Source: Octopus sinensis
Lineage: Eukaryota
Direction of reading: 5' to 3'
Length of the DNA: 64,000 bases
Assembly (NCBI RefSeq): GCF_006345805.1
Contig: NC_043007.1
Coordinates: 68,076,001 to 68,140,000 of the forward strand
Part shown: one piece after another, positions 45,683 through 59,589 of the stretch
Position numbering within the stretch: position 1 is the stretch's first letter
Layout: the number at the start of each line of letters is the position of its first letter
Notes under the pieces: model-generated
Seen by the model: only the letters and a program-made list of their open reading frames with translations
Told to the model about the DNA's origin: nothing
Database searches by the model: none
Program-made: the position numbers and the translations under genes

Positions 45683-46670
45683 CGTAAAGAGTATGGTGTG
45701 TCTCCATTGTGCATTGTGTGATGTCAGAAATGAGTTTTCTGTATCCAATCCAGTCTTGCTCTGATTTCCATGCTACAACGATGCCGAAGCACTTGAACTC
45801 GTCAAACTGGGCTAGCATGAACCTTCGGTAATAATTTTTCAAATTTCTAAGCCGGTATAATTACAAAAAGAAACAAGATTCTCATTCAAGATGATTTCGA
45901 TTTAAGACCATCTGTTCTCACCAAATTAATATCAATTGAAATTATGTACCCGAACATAACGATGAATCAAACTACAGTTCTTAAATTTCACACGATAAAT
46001 TAGCAAACGCAGAATATTCATATAAGCAGAAACGTTTAGATGCAAACAAATTTCCTAAATATTCTCCATATGAATAAATTTAAATTATCACCATTGATGA
46101 AGATGTTTGAATTCGTAGTCAACTTGGCTTCAAGAAGTAGACAGCAAGTCAAAATCTTGAGTGTTTCTATGAATTATAATAAACATTTGCAAACATAAAA
46201 TCCAGTTAGTTATCTCATCAATTCAAATAATATGAATAAAGAATTATCAGAAGAATACCAGTCAAAACTTTGGAATAATAAGAATAACGATCTCGACTGA
46301 ATCAGCTGACATTAAACGTTACTTGTGATAGAGGAACCATTAAAATATGTCAGGGTAGATTAGAGAGAAATTAGCTTGTTATTCAAGCAACGAATATATA
46401 ACTAAGAGTTTCGTCTGGGTCAAACAAGACGGAGGCCAATTGATACAGGGATAAATTCTATAATGAAACAAATTTATTATATAAAAGGGTATTAGAACTC
46501 CAAGTCCATAAGGAATCCAGTGGCTTATATAATTACTATCGTTTAGATATATAATAAAATAAAAGTATTAGTGTCTTTCTTTGCATCTATCTATCTATAT
46601 ATGTACATATATATATATATGTGTGTGTGTGTCTGTGCGTGTACATATACACAGACACACGCAAACACAC

Positions 46671-46730
<60 letters not shown>

Positions 46731-47362
46731 CACACACACACACACGCTTATATTTATGCACACAATTTCTCACACTGAAAACAGTTTATCCTTAACAAGA
46801 CTAATCACTTTTCGTGAAATAAATTGACAATTTCTCTGGATCAAAAGTCTCGAACACTTGAAAAGTGTCGTTCTCTGGGACGTGGTGGGTGTGGCTTTAG
46901 TATGAGTGGCCAGTAAACACGTATTTGAGTTTGTGTATGTGTGTTTCTATGTCTCTTTGTACGTGAGTGAGTGAGAGAATGAAAGAGAGAGAGAGAGAGA
47001 GAGAGAGAGGGTATGTGAATGACTGTGACGTTTTCTACCACGTTTTTGTAAAGAAATGCACATATCTACAGACACGCCCCTTACCGACATACATACACAC
47101 ACTCACACGCACACACGTGTGCACACACATGCACACACATATGTGTTCGTGCAAGCACACAGGCTCACACAAATACACACGTATGTATACACGTATGTGC
47201 ACACACACATATGTTCACACACTCAAAAGTAAATACGTAGATGCACTTACATGCGTGTATATATATACATCCTAGACACATACATATGCACATACATACA
47301 TGCACATATACATAAGTGTGTATGCGTGTGCGTGTATGTGTGTGTATTTGTGTGTGTGTGTA

Positions 47363-47395
<33 letters not shown>

Positions 47396-47743
47396 ATTCG
47401 TGTTCACGTCCCCAAAAAGATAGAAAAATTTAATAATCTTCCTCCATTTAGAACAATTGTATTCTATTTCAAAAGAATTATCCCAAATCCCAATGTTATT
47501 AACGGTAAGGGTATTCGATTTAGACTTCAAATTAATTGCTGGCAGTTCCTCTCATTACCGCTTACATTTCAATATACTAGTTCTCTAGATCTATACTACT
47601 TGTGAAACTATAAGTAACCTTATAAATATGCTTTAAAATCTACCAGATGCTGTTCGGAATTATAGCCAGAAATTCAGCATACGAAAAGTCCAGAGACAAT
47701 ATGAACATAGGAACTATCTATCTATCTACTATCTATCTATCTA

Positions 47744-47802
<59 letters not shown>

Positions 47803-47804
47803 GT

Positions 47805-47912
<108 letters not shown>

Positions 47913-48036
47913 AATGAATATATATATATATGTATACATATATATACGTATATATGTATGTATATATATATATATATATATATATCTAACTGAATATATA
48001 TATATATGTATACATATATATACGTATATATGTATG

Positions 48037-48091
<55 letters not shown>

Positions 48092-48504
48092 ACACACACA
48101 AACACATATATATATATGTGGTGGTGATCTGGCAGAATCGTTAGCACTCCGGGTGAAATGCTTAGCGGTATTTCGTCTGCCGTTACGTTCTGAGTTCAAA
48201 TTCCGCCGAGGAATACACACCTATACAGGGTTGGCCAAAAATCACTCGACAGTAAATCAAAATACCATAAATACTATCTGTAATTTCTGTAGTGACACGA
48301 ATGGAAAAATGCTTCGCTGAAGAAGGACTTCAGTTTGAACAGTTTTCATGATGATTCATATTTAGATGCTTTTATTAACTTCATTCAGTTGTTAAGCATA
48401 AATAAATCTTAGAAATCAGTGGTATTGATTTACTGTCAGGTGACTTTTGACCAATCTTGTACATACATACATACAAACATACATACATACATACATACTT
48501 ACTT

Positions 48505-48575
<71 letters not shown>

Positions 48576-48589
48576 TATATAACTTTGTT

Positions 48590-48960
48590 AGATTTCGGTC
48601 AGTATAGGCCCAGGCAAGGTCTAACTTAATAGCACCACCTGATGAAGTCTTTTAGTCATATATGGGGCACCATGACCCCACTCTAGCAAAGAGTAATTAT
48701 TGTTGGAGACATATCCGGGTATAGGGGGTTGGTCCGGAAATATTTTGAAGAAATGTTTCCAGTGAACATTTGAATTCTATAGGATCCGTTTCCGTTTTGA
48801 AGTATTTTGGTATAGTATTAAAGAGAGCTAGACCGGTTGGGGTAAAGTAATTGTGACGTAATGTTGCTATGTGTACCGAGTTCGATTTTGGTAGGGGGCA
48901 GTTAGCACGGGGTCCAAGTTTTGGATGGATTTTTAAATTGATGCCAACATCATTTGTGCA
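48590..48960 (-). mobile_element. CR1/L2-group LINE 3' end (second family)
   Basis: Minus strand: FTPTGLALFNTIPNT...FKCSLETFLQNI.DQPPIPGYVSNNNYSLLEW across a frameshift; same architecture as 37011. Confidence 0.6.
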
Positions 48961-49352
48961 ATATTAATGGATTATTTTCACATACGAGGGGTATATGAAT
49001 AAATCTCGAGCCTCAAAAAACAAAACAAAAACAAAAACAAAAAAACCCCGAAAAGCATGATACAAGACTTCTGATGAAGGTACTAGACTTCAAGGCTCAA
49101 AGGCCTTGGCTCAAAACAAGTAATGTAGCGGTCCCTGCGGCGTTGGAGAGAGTAGAGATTGAATTTTTTAGTCGTCCCCAATAATCAATGCCTCTCATGC
49201 CGTCTACATTTCTTGTTATTGAACTCTGGAGTGCTTTTACTTTCATAATGAGTTGTTTCGTATGGGGAGAACACAGTGGGCAACAGTATTCAAGGTAGGG
49301 TCGGGGAACTCCCTCTAGTTTTACTTACCTATATATATATATATATACAGGT

Positions 49353-49447
49353 GCCTCGGTAGCGCAGTAGGCAGCGCGTCAGTCTCATAATCAAGTAAAG
49401 TCTTTAGAGGAATCTGAAGGTCGTGAGTTCGATCCTCACCTGGGGCA
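49353..49447 (+). tRNA. tRNA-Met(CAT), elongator type, with 22-nt intron (49390-49411)
   Basis: GCCTCGGTAGCGCAGTAGGCAGCGCGTCAGTCTCATA^intron^ATCTGAAGGTCGTGAGTTCGATCCTCACCTGGGGCA; 73-nt cloverleaf after splicing, G1:C72, U31:U39, TTCGA T-loop; TTTT terminator at 49452. Confidence 0.95.
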
Positions 49448-49460
49448 CAAATTTTCACAG

Positions 49461-49672
49461 AGGCGCAATGGCCTAGTGGTTAGGGCAGCGGACTCGCGGT
49501 CGCAGGATCGCGGTTTCGATTCTCAGACCGGGCGTTGTGTGTGTTTATTGAGCGAAAACACCTAAAAAAGCTCTACGAGGCTCCGGCAGGGGGTGGTGAT
49601 CCCTGCTGTACTCTTCACCACAATGGCGGTGCCCCAGCATGGCCACAGCTCAAGAGCTGAAACTGGAAAAAC
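49461..49672 (+). mobile_element. SINE family C head fused to a CR1-like 3' tail
   Basis: 49461-49618 matches the 25379 SINE; 49620-49672 matches the LINE tail at 37329-37378. Confidence 0.75.
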
Positions 49673-50469
49673 AAATATATTATATATATATATATATATA
49701 ATATATATATATATATATAATCTTTTATATTTATTCTTTTACTTGTATCAGTCATTTGACTGCGGCCATGCTGGAGCAACGCCTTTAGTCGAACAAATCG
49801 ACCCCAGGATTTATTCTTTGTAAGCTTAGTACCTATTCTATCGGTTTCTTTTGCCGAACCGCTAAGTTACAGAGACGTAAATACACCAACATCGGTTATT
49901 AAGTGATGGGTGGGTGGACAAAGGTCGGGTTAATCCTTCAACAGAATACTTTCCTATACTTGAATCGGTGCTGTTTGCTACCACTCTTCTTCGCCTCCCG
50001 CAGACATTTCCCTTATATAGCTTCTAATATTACTAAAACACCTTTGTTTCATTCAGTAGTTACAGACAATAGCTTACCACTTCCACTCAATCGCTCCCGT
50101 TATACCATTCTCTCCTCCCAGAAGCCGCACTGACAATTTTTTGCTAATCTTTCTTTTCCAGAAATTAAAGCTCGTGGAATTTCTTTATCACCACCATTAT
50201 TCTTTCTCAGTTATTTAAGGAAAACATCGACCGTATCAAATCTACGAGTCCCGAGTTATCTGCATTTGTGATAGACACAGTTCTCTCCCCTGACCGAAAC
50301 AATGTTATACAACCTGTTGAAAGCATTCCACTTGTGCTTTTTTTTCCTTCAAATTGAACGCGAAAGAGGAAAATTGATCATATTTTCATGTAATGGTTCA
50401 ATATTTAGAAGTATAGAGCCATGGATTGACTAATGAACAACGTACCAACTGTTGGACATAACTGGTAGC

Positions 50470-50868
50470 GTGATGGAGAAAATGGCAGTGAATTGGCAAA
50501 ATCGAAGAGTAATGGATGTTGGTGGATTTACAGATTCAGTAGAGTGATGAATACAATGGCGGTGGATTGACAGATTCAGCAGAGCGACAAACAAAATGGC
50601 CGTAGATTGACAGAATCGGATTGTAACAGACAAGAAGGCAGTTGATAGATAGAATTGGTGGAGTGATGGACAAAATAATAGTAAATTCAAAGAATCACTA
50701 TAGTAATGGCCAAAATGGCAGTTGATGGACATAATCGAAGAGTAAAGGATAAGATAATGGTAAAGTGACAAATTAGAATGATGGACAAAATGGAAGTGAA
50801 TTGACATAACCGGAGAGTAATGGACAAAATGGTAGTGGATTTGACATAAGTGGTGAGTGATTGATAAA
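50470..50868. repeat. Degenerate ~35-bp tandem repeat, about 11 units
   Basis: Recurring gtaatggacaaaatggcagtggattgacagaatc-like unit. Confidence 0.7.
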
Positions 50869-50894
50869 TATCTACTGGTATTTACTTCCGTGCT

Positions 50895-51103
50895 GGCAGA
50901 AACGTTAGCACGTTGGGCGAAATGCTTCGCGGTATTTCGTCTGCCGCTACGTTCTGAGTTCAAATTCCGCTGAGGTCAACTTTGCCTTTCATTCTTTCGG
51001 AGTCGATTAAATAAGTACCAGTTACGCACTGGGGTCGATATAATCGACTTATCCGTTTGTCTGTCCTCTCTGTGTTGAGCCCCTTGTGGGTAATAAAGAA
51101 ATA
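50895..51103 (+). mobile_element. SINE family A
   Basis: 18-bp TSD ggtatttacttccgtgct at 50877-50894 and 51104-51121. Confidence 0.9.
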
Positions 51104-51749
51104 GGTATTTACTTCCGTGCTCCTCCCCACTGATGTGAATTGAGTAGGTATCTCAACTAGTTAATTGGCGAAATATTTAATTAAAACATTAACTAAAAGC
51201 ATGTTATCAGTTTATTAATATTAAATATAACACTAATCTTTATACAGGAATGTTAATGGGGTTTGTACAAAGATGTGCAGCCAGTCATCGCTCGCAAGCG
51301 AGTAAAGTTTGTTAACGTTAACCATTCTTTTGTTAACTGTGTAAAGTACTTGAGGAGAGTGTAAAGAGCAGACATAGGAACTCGGTTCCTTCATCCTAGA
51401 CACATCGGATCACTCAAGATGTGACAGCTAGAGAGTAAGAAGGCTGTACCGGTTGGTATTCATTAGAGCTGAGTAGACTGGAATAACATGAAATAAAGCA
51501 TTTTGCTGAAGAAAGCAATATTCAGCTTGATCCCGGAAGGGAACTGAAGACCTCATGATCACGTGTCCAACATCTCAGCAACTAGACCTTGAACTTTCGC
51601 AACGTGTAACCTCGATGTACTACGGTTCTCAAGAAGCGTCAACACTTCTATGATTCAAGAGACGTAATTTCTATAACTTTATAGAAGTCTTCTCCCTTGA
51701 ATATTTGAAGAAACGTTATTTATTGACTTTATTTTGTGGACTGTTCAGT

Positions 51750-51784
<35 letters not shown>

Positions 51785-51811
51785 TACACACGCACACACA
51801 CACACACACAC

Positions 51812-51847
<36 letters not shown>

Positions 51848-51872
51848 CATACACAGACACACACAGACACAG

Positions 51873-51903
<31 letters not shown>

Positions 51904-52189
51904 CAACACACACACACACACACATGTATATATATACACATACACAATATTTATTATGTTAAGAATTAAGGTAAACTGTGTTTTCTAATTATGAATTATA
52001 AAGAAGTAATCCCCCACCACTACTATTATTATAGTAGAAAATTAATGCGTAGAACGATTTTTAAGAAGAGCTGTGGAAAATACTCGTTCTACGCTTTAAG
52101 TGTTATCTGATGGAGGGTAAAATATCCTCGCTGTGGAAAGAATTTAATACCATTTTGTTTCATAAGAAGCGTGGCAGAGAAGATTTAAG

Positions 52190-53290
52190 AATCTACCGCA
52201 CCATATTCTCTTCTTTCACCTCTACAAAATCATAGTCACCAGACTGTTGAAACTGCTCGATGACCAACAGCCGAGTAAACAAGCAGGTTTCCGTAAGAAC
52301 TATAGTACGATGGATCACATATTCACTCTATCACAGCTTATACGAACGAACGAATGAATACAAACTTCCTCTGTGTATCGCTTTCGTCGACTATTGAAAG
52401 GCCTTCGATAGCATCGAGATGAATGCAGTGTCGACATCTCTGGAAATGCAAGGAGTCGAGGTGCAATATACCTAACTGCTCAGAGATGTAAACTTCCGAT
52501 GCACCACCGATATAGATATGCTACTGTCACTTATAAGAGTTCCAACTGAGAATTGTCTCAAACTAAGAGACACCTTCTTTCCAAAGCTCTTCGCTGTACG
52601 TCTAGATATGGTCGTCAGCGACATTGACTAGAGAGGTGGCACGAACATCAATAGCAACCTACCAACATGCCTTCGAATCACAGAGGAAGTTGTACTCATT
52701 GTTTAACTACAGATCAGCTGCAAACCATGCTAATAGAGCTGAACATCCACATCTCAGCCAAAGGGCATAAAACGAACCGCATGAAATCAAAATCCATGCT
52801 GTCTGAAGATGTAGTGCAAGCCCGAAGTGAAGTGGGAAGCGATGAAATGAAGGCGGTAAAGCAATACGTCTACTTGGGGCCTAGACGAGGAGAATAAGGA
52901 CATGATAAAAGACATTTACCTCGATAAAAGATGTACTCAAAGCAAAGCAGGACAAGATCCTACGAACCAATCTCTGCAATGGCACAGTTCCATCTGCATC
53001 CTTATATACAAGAGAGACATGGGTTGCTGCAAAAAGAGAACATCGATTGGCTACGACACAAAGATCCACGAAACCATCCATGCTCGGAATATAATTGCAA
53101 AAGTATATACGAAATGAGGGGATTGGAGAACGAAGCAGAGTGTAACGACGTGATCGCAGAATATTTAAGGCACAAGTTCCGATGGATTAGATATGTTGGA
53201 AGGGTCACAGACATCAGGTGGATCCGTGCAATTGCCGAGTGGTATCTAAGAGACCGGAAAAGGACATGCGGAAAACGATTTAGTAAAACT
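52190..53290 (+). mobile_element. Degraded RTE-clade LINE reverse transcriptase fragment
   Basis: DQQPSKQAGFRKNYSTMDHIFTL, EYKLPLCIAFVDY*KAFDSIE, RWIRYVGRVTDIRWIRAIAEWYLRDRKR. Confidence 0.85.
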
Positions 53291-53720
53291 ACTTCAGTGA
53301 AGATAGAAAAGAATGATATAATTGGAAGTGAATTGTGACCAGTGATGTATAACAACATCTGACAGTCTGTGCGATTCAGGCGATACAGTTGATATAAGAA
53401 AGTACGGATGGTAGCTGAGATAGGATTGCTAGTAGTAACTCTATTTCACAAATTGAACAGTAGCATATAAGCTTCGCTGAGAGTGTTCTAAAAGTTGCCT
53501 CCCTTAGGTAAATGCCGCTCGAAAACATTTTCAATTTGGTTCGAAACAAGGGAAGCAATTTATATTTTATTGTATCGATTTGCACGGTCTTTCGTTCTTC
53601 GGATCTTCAAGTAAGCTAACACGGGCAAGGCCATACTGGAATATTACTTTCGAAGTTGAATTCCCTTTCTTTTTTTCTGTGTTATGCCTATGTACGGCTA
53701 AGTTTATAATGATCCTGATT

Positions 53721-54512
53721 GGATTTTTTCGGTTTGAACGGCGGTTTTTAAAAATAATTTCTATGAAACTAAACACTGAAACTTCGTATACGGGTAGAAT
53801 GTGTTTATAAACATCTTTTTCTCTTGGAAAATTCTGAGAAAATTCTGTAGTTTGTAAGATATTTGTAAGGCATTTTCTTCAATGTTGGCAATTTCAACCA
53901 ATCAATGACGTCAACTGAAGTGAAAACATTATCTGCTGTAAAATTTTCTGGCGGTGAAATATGAAAATGTCCCTCGTTTAAGAAACAGATTGGGTTTATT
54001 TACATTTCTGAAGAAAAAAAAGATACCCTTCCCCCCACCCCTAACCCTAACCTAAACCCTAACCCTAACCTTAACCCCAACCCTAACTCTAACCCTAACC
54101 CTAAAACAGATTGTAATGCAATAGATCGATACTAAGGCCATAATTATGGGTGGACACTAAAGTGGGAGCGGTTTTGTTATCCTGCTCTGTTTACAAGTAA
54201 CCCCTCAGTTTATGGCCACAGGGTATCTTTTTTCTCATAAATAACAGGGACATTTTCATACGACACCGGAAATAAATGTTGTTGACACACTACGTCAGAA
54301 ATCGTTTTCACCTCAATAGACGTCATTGATTGGTTGAAATTGCCGAAATGCAAGAAATTAAAGACCAAATAACTTACAAACTATAGAATTTTCTCAAGAA
54401 AGCCAAGAGAAAAAGATGTTTTATAAACACATCCTACCACTATACGAAGTTTAAAATTTTTTAGTTACATAGAAATTATTTTTAAAAACTGCCGTTCAAA
54501 CCGAAAAGATCC
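53721..54512. mobile_element. Palindromic long derivative of the Merlin-like MITE with internal (CCCTAA)n
   Basis: ~260-bp inverted arms; termini GGAT..ATCC; flanks tcctgatt/taatgatt (6 of 8 match); telomere-like repeats at ~54039-54104. Confidence 0.8.
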
Positions 54513-54528
54513 TAATGATTTCTTTGGG

Positions 54529-54577
<49 letters not shown>

Positions 54578-54792
54578 ATATAATATTTAGCAGAAGTAAC
54601 GAAGTGACTTAAGGTCCGAGAGATTAGTGCGTTGGCACTTATCAAGTTTGATAAGTATCAACACAATTACCTACGCACAAAACGCATGGACATTGAGATA
54701 CTCTGTTACTTCTGATAATTATTAATAAAAATACATATATACTCATATTTTGAGTTCTATTTTTGATGTTTGCATTAACACACACACATGAC

Positions 54793-54835
<43 letters not shown>

Positions 54836-55745
54836 GCATTTTTATGGGTTTTTTAAATAAAAAAAATAGCGTGTGTGTGCATATACTTGCACATACCTAC
54901 CTGCCTATTTGCCTATCTACCTACCTACCTAACTACCTACCTACCTACCTACCTACCTACCTACTTACCTACCTACCTACCTACCTACATACATACATAC
55001 ATACATACATACCTACCCTACCTACCTACTTACCTACCTACATACATACATACATACATACCCTACCTACCTACCTACCTACCTACCTACCTACATACAT
55101 ACATACATACATACATACATACCTACCTACATACATACATACATACATACCTACCTACCTACCTACACACACACACACACACACACACACTTACCTGGCT
55201 TCAGCTCGATTTTGAGTAACGCTATCGCTTGATTGTTCTCTTGAACATAAGTAGTACGGATGTGGCTTTTCATTCCTGCGGGTGACCCACACATGTGGCA
55301 ACAACGTGCGCCTCTTGCCACAGTTGTACAGAGACCTCACCACCTGCGCTGACATATGTTTTCATTCTAACATGGGATTTTTCATTGAGTATTTTACCTT
55401 TTTCGGCTACTGCTATACATCAGTTAATCCCCAGCCCCTCACTACGATTGCGTAATGTAAGGAATACATACCAAATTCATTCATAATTAAGGAATTAATA
55501 TTAATTGCCTTCACACAGCAGGAGGCAACGTGCGAGTTCCATAACCTTTGTTTAACGCCACTCTACCTAAAGGCCGTACTTTCGATCTTCATTTCACTGC
55601 CTCACAATATACTCCACCTACCGGAGACTTGAAATTAATTTAACTAATCCGAGTTCTGTCAATGGTAAACTGATGGCCCTTAACAGTGAATATACTTCGC
55701 TAATAATCTATACTAGTCTGCAATGAGGATCAGCAAAGCCATACC

Positions 55746-55984
55746 TATTTCTTTATTACCCACAAGGGGCTAAACATAGAGGGGACAAGCAAGGACAGCC
55801 ATAGGTATTAAGTCGATTACATCGACCTCAGTGCGTAACTGGTACTTAATTTATCGACACCGAAAGGATGAAAGGTAAAGTCGACCTCGGCGGAATTTGA
55901 ACTCACAACGTAACAGCACACGAAATACCGCTAAGCATTTCGCTCGACGTGCTAACGTTTCTGCCAGCTCTCCGCCTTTTAATT
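55746..55984 (-). mobile_element. SINE family A
   Basis: TSD gcaaa(g/a)ccatacc at 55733-55745 and 55985-55997. Confidence 0.88.
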
Positions 55985-56348
55985 GCAAAACCATACCGTA
56001 AGGTGGTTGTGATAATGTTTAGCTCTAAGTTATCCCTGACCAAGAAGACTTATGATAAAAATCAAAAATCAAACAACATTTCTACTGTCTCCTCTTTTTG
56101 AGGATATGTAGGATTACATTGTCTCATGTAATTTTCCCTTTAGACAACACGATGTGATTTGACAGATATTTTGCTGCTTTTTCTGGTAGGACAAGCGACG
56201 ATATAATTATTCCCTTTTTAGATTCGAGAGAGAAGTATTTCAGTTTAAATGAGGTTAAAGTGTGCAAAAGAAAAATTTGAGAGGAGCAAGAAAATGTCAG
56301 TGACGGTAAAAATAACATATTTATAATATGTAATATAAAAAAAAAAAT

Positions 56349-56436
56349 TGCCCCAGGTGAGGATCGAACTCACGACCTTCAGATAGCTCGACCTGTGATT
56401 ATGAGACTGACGCGCTGCCTACTGCGCTACCGAGGC
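56349..56436 (-). tRNA. tRNA-Met(CAT), elongator type, with 15-nt intron (56385-56399)
   Basis: Exons identical to the 49353 copy; intron ATCACAGGTCGAGCT; long T-run terminator downstream. Confidence 0.95.
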
Positions 56437-57660
56437 ACTTGGAAACGTCTCTTTTAACTTAGCATAGAACATGATCAACTCAGTTGTGATTATACCTGTT
56501 GCTCTATGTGTTTTATTTATATCTTCAGTTGATTAGCATAAACAAACCAAATCTCATTAACATCATTTCATTCTTTTAATGATAATTGCTTAATGAGATG
56601 CGAAGTTCTAATTCTAAGTGGTGTTAGCTCCTACAACAAAGGGAAGTAACAAATCTTGGCTCAAGAAAAAGTGCCTTTACGTGGTCACTCCAACTGCAAG
56701 AAATAGCAGTTAAATCTCTTTCGGATTACGTCCATCCTCCCAATAAATGGGAAGATAGATTGGATGATGTAGTCTTTAGATAAATTGTGCCAAATAGAAA
56801 TTACAGCCACAGATATGATGGCCTTTGATCAGGGCTGACCTGGAGCTAAACAACAAATATGATCATGATCCTCCTCCTCCTCCTTCTCATCATCATCATC
56901 ATCATCATCACGAGCGAACTAAAGGACTTCTATACTGCTGCTTGACCAACTAAAATTCGAAGTTAAGCGGTCCTCAATTACATAGCATCAGGCAAAGGTA
57001 CCTTGCAGTATTTATTCCAGTTTGTGTTCCGAGTTCAACTGCCGTCCAGTTTAATGTTTGAATATCAAGCTTCCGAGGGTCAATAAATGAAGCCACTATT
57101 CGAGGCGATGGATTAGCAAGATTGCCAGAACAGGACAGGACGCCTGAGTTCAAACCCCACCGTGGCTCTCTGAGTTAGTCGAGTTAATCCGTCACCCGAT
57201 TAAACACCACCACTTAGTCCTTGAATACCTTTAGCAGAGTCCAGTCTGTTTACAAGCCTGGGCCTGATCTCTGTAAAAGGGATACTGCCCTCCGTTTCTT
57301 CCTCTCCTCTATTTCTATCTGAGGTCAAAAGGTCATGGGCACAGCCCTCCTTCTACATAAAACGACAAAGTATTACGCAACCATTTAAAGATAATTGTGC
57401 GTCACATAGGATTTTGTGGCCTGATAAAAACGGTAGTGACCTGAAGCCGTAGGTACTTAAAAGTATAGGCAATGAAAAGTTAATTAGATATATGCAAAGG
57501 AAGTATTGGAATTAAATAAAACGTAATAATTATCTAATTAATACCCCTTTAGCAATGTTTCATTCTTCATTATAATAGAGCTAAAAGTAAATTAGCTGAT
57601 AATATAATCAGAAAATAGCGCTTTCATTTTCTAAGTAAAATGAAAACTGAAACGGTCAGC

Positions 57661-57745
57661 TTTTCGATAGCGCAGTAGGCAACGCGTTTTAGTAATTGTA
57701 TACGAAGAAACATGAACGTGGTGAGTTCGATCCTCACCCGAAGTT
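57661..57745 (+). pseudogene. Decayed tRNA-Met copy
   Basis: Retains tcgatagcgcagtaggcaacgcgt and gtgagttcgatcctcacc; anticodon arm and acceptor stem are lost. Confidence 0.75.
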
Positions 57746-57940
57746 CATTATTTTCGCTTTTTTTTTAGTTGTAAATTTTACCTTTTGACACAATAAAGTA
57801 TCCACGTTATAAAGGGAGGTGTAAATATTTGTAAGATACTGTGCAGTTTGATTAAAATTTTCTTTTTTTAATTATTAATAATATTATACACACACTGCAG
57901 CGATGCTGTGCTAAGGCGGAAAAAGTAGTCGGTTCCCAGT

Positions 57941-58012
57941 ACCTCGGTAGCGTAGTAGGCAGCAAGTCACTGTCGTTATCAATCAAGTGGAGATATCGGA
58001 AGGTCGTAAATT
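57941..58012 (+). pseudogene. Decayed tRNA-Met copy with 17-nt intron remnant (57978-57994)
   Basis: acctcggtagcgtagtaggcagc...^atcaatcaagtggagat^atcggaaggtcgt; anticodon mutated to CGT and T-arm lost. Confidence 0.75.
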
Positions 58013-58511
58013 TGCCCTTAAGGCAAAGTGCTTTATGTTACATAATTTTTTAGCTGAATATGTTTATTTTCTGACACTGTAAGAAACCCATTTTATAAAG
58101 GGAAGTATTAATATCTGCTCGATTCACAGCCTTGGTCAACATCGGTAGCGTGGTAATAGGAGACTGGTATGCATGGGTGACTGCTGATCGATCTTGCCTG
58201 GATTTGTGCCTCGGAGAGGAAGTTTGTAGGTGCAATCTCATGGCCCATCCTGACCGAAGTGGGTTTTTACTCCTTACTTTTTACAAATTCAAAGTATATC
58301 GTTTGCGGCGTTGCTATAACAAGGCGGAAGAATTTGCCCAAAAATAAAATTTAGTTTTATCTAATGATTAAATCGATGTAGCCCTCACTACCTCTAAATA
58401 TCTAATGGTTGATTCTCAGCTAGGTCAACAGTGCATTTGTTGAGAGGATGTATTTATGGACATCTAAAATAGAAAAGAAGACACGCTGAAATAGTATTGT
58501 TCGTACATACA

Positions 58512-58545
<34 letters not shown>

Positions 58546-58624
58546 CATACATACACACATACATACATACATACATACATACATACATACATACATACAT
58601 ACATACATACATACATACATACAT

Positions 58625-59452
58625 AGAAATCTGGAAAAGTTATTGCGCTTGCGTTACATCCAAGACATACAACATTGATGGTGAAATTCTTACATCTGTG
58701 ATCCAGAAACTCCAGGATGGAAAAGCACCTGGAAGAGACTTGATTGTTGGATATTGGTACAAGAAGCTAACATATCTTGTCAATCCGTCCCAGTAAGCTT
58801 TCATTGGGAACACAATAGCATACCACACTGGTTAGGTCTGGCAGAGACAAAATTGATGCTCAAATGCAGAACCAACCACCTGGCAAAAAACCACCGGCCA
58901 ATTGCATGCCAGAACTTAATGTATAAGATATATATATAGCATGTTTAAACCTCTTCCTCCAGGACCATTGTGAAACCAATAACATTATCACAGCAGAACA
59001 AGCAGCTGGGAAGAAGGGAGTCTGGGGATGTGCCGAGCAATTGCTAATCAACAAAACTGTGATGTCAGAGGTGCGAGAGCATAGGAGGAACCTAGTTTCA
59101 ATGTGGCTAGATTGCAAGAAAGCCTTTAGCTCTGTTCCCCACTCATGGATGCTAGAAGCTCTTCAACTTGCTAAAGTTCCAGTGAGAATAGTCAAGGCCA
59201 TAGCTGACCTGACTTCATCGTGGGCCACCATCTTGAAATTAAACACAAAAGTGACTGTATTATCACCGATAGAATACTTTATCGCAAAGACATATTACAA
59301 GGAGACAGCTTCTCTGTGATGTTGCAGAGAGGTGATATATGCAAAAATACCCTGTTGTTGATGTTGAAATTCCAACGAAGGAGCCTTGGATCAAGGTTAG
59401 AAACCGGCTCTTTCTCCTTTGGCAAGAAGTCTTGAAATAAAACTGAATAATG
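58625..59452 (+). mobile_element. R4/Dong-like RLE LINE fragment (RT N-terminal half plus probable 3' end) between (CATA)n arrays
   Basis: KAPGRDLIVGYWYK, NHRPIACQNLMYK, EQAAGKKGVWGCAEQLLINK, WLDCKKAFSSVPHSW, ILQGDSFS. Treating 59320-59452 as the 3' end is inference. Confidence 0.85.
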
Positions 59453-59524
59453 ACATGCATACGTACATACATACATACAAACATACATACATACATACAT
59501 ACATACATACATACATACATACAT

Positions 59525-59564
<40 letters not shown>

Positions 59565-59589
59565 GTTAACAATAAATATAAACATATTG

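Noticed and set aside
45657-45842. 61-aa minus-strand ORF (FDEFKCFGIVVAWKSEQDWIGYRK) as a host exon
   Set aside because: No recognisable family and weak splice signals; its end runs into a SINE tail.
49070-49130. CTGATGA as a hammerhead ribozyme core
   Set aside because: No correctly placed GAAA or flanking stems.
49353-49447. Initiator tRNA-Met assignment
   Set aside because: Lacks A1:U72, the three consecutive G:C anticodon-stem pairs and A54; all features are elongator-type.
58138-58205. Possible ninth tRNA-Met remnant (catcggtagcg...gatcgatcttgcctgg)
   Set aside because: Only two short matches; could be chance.
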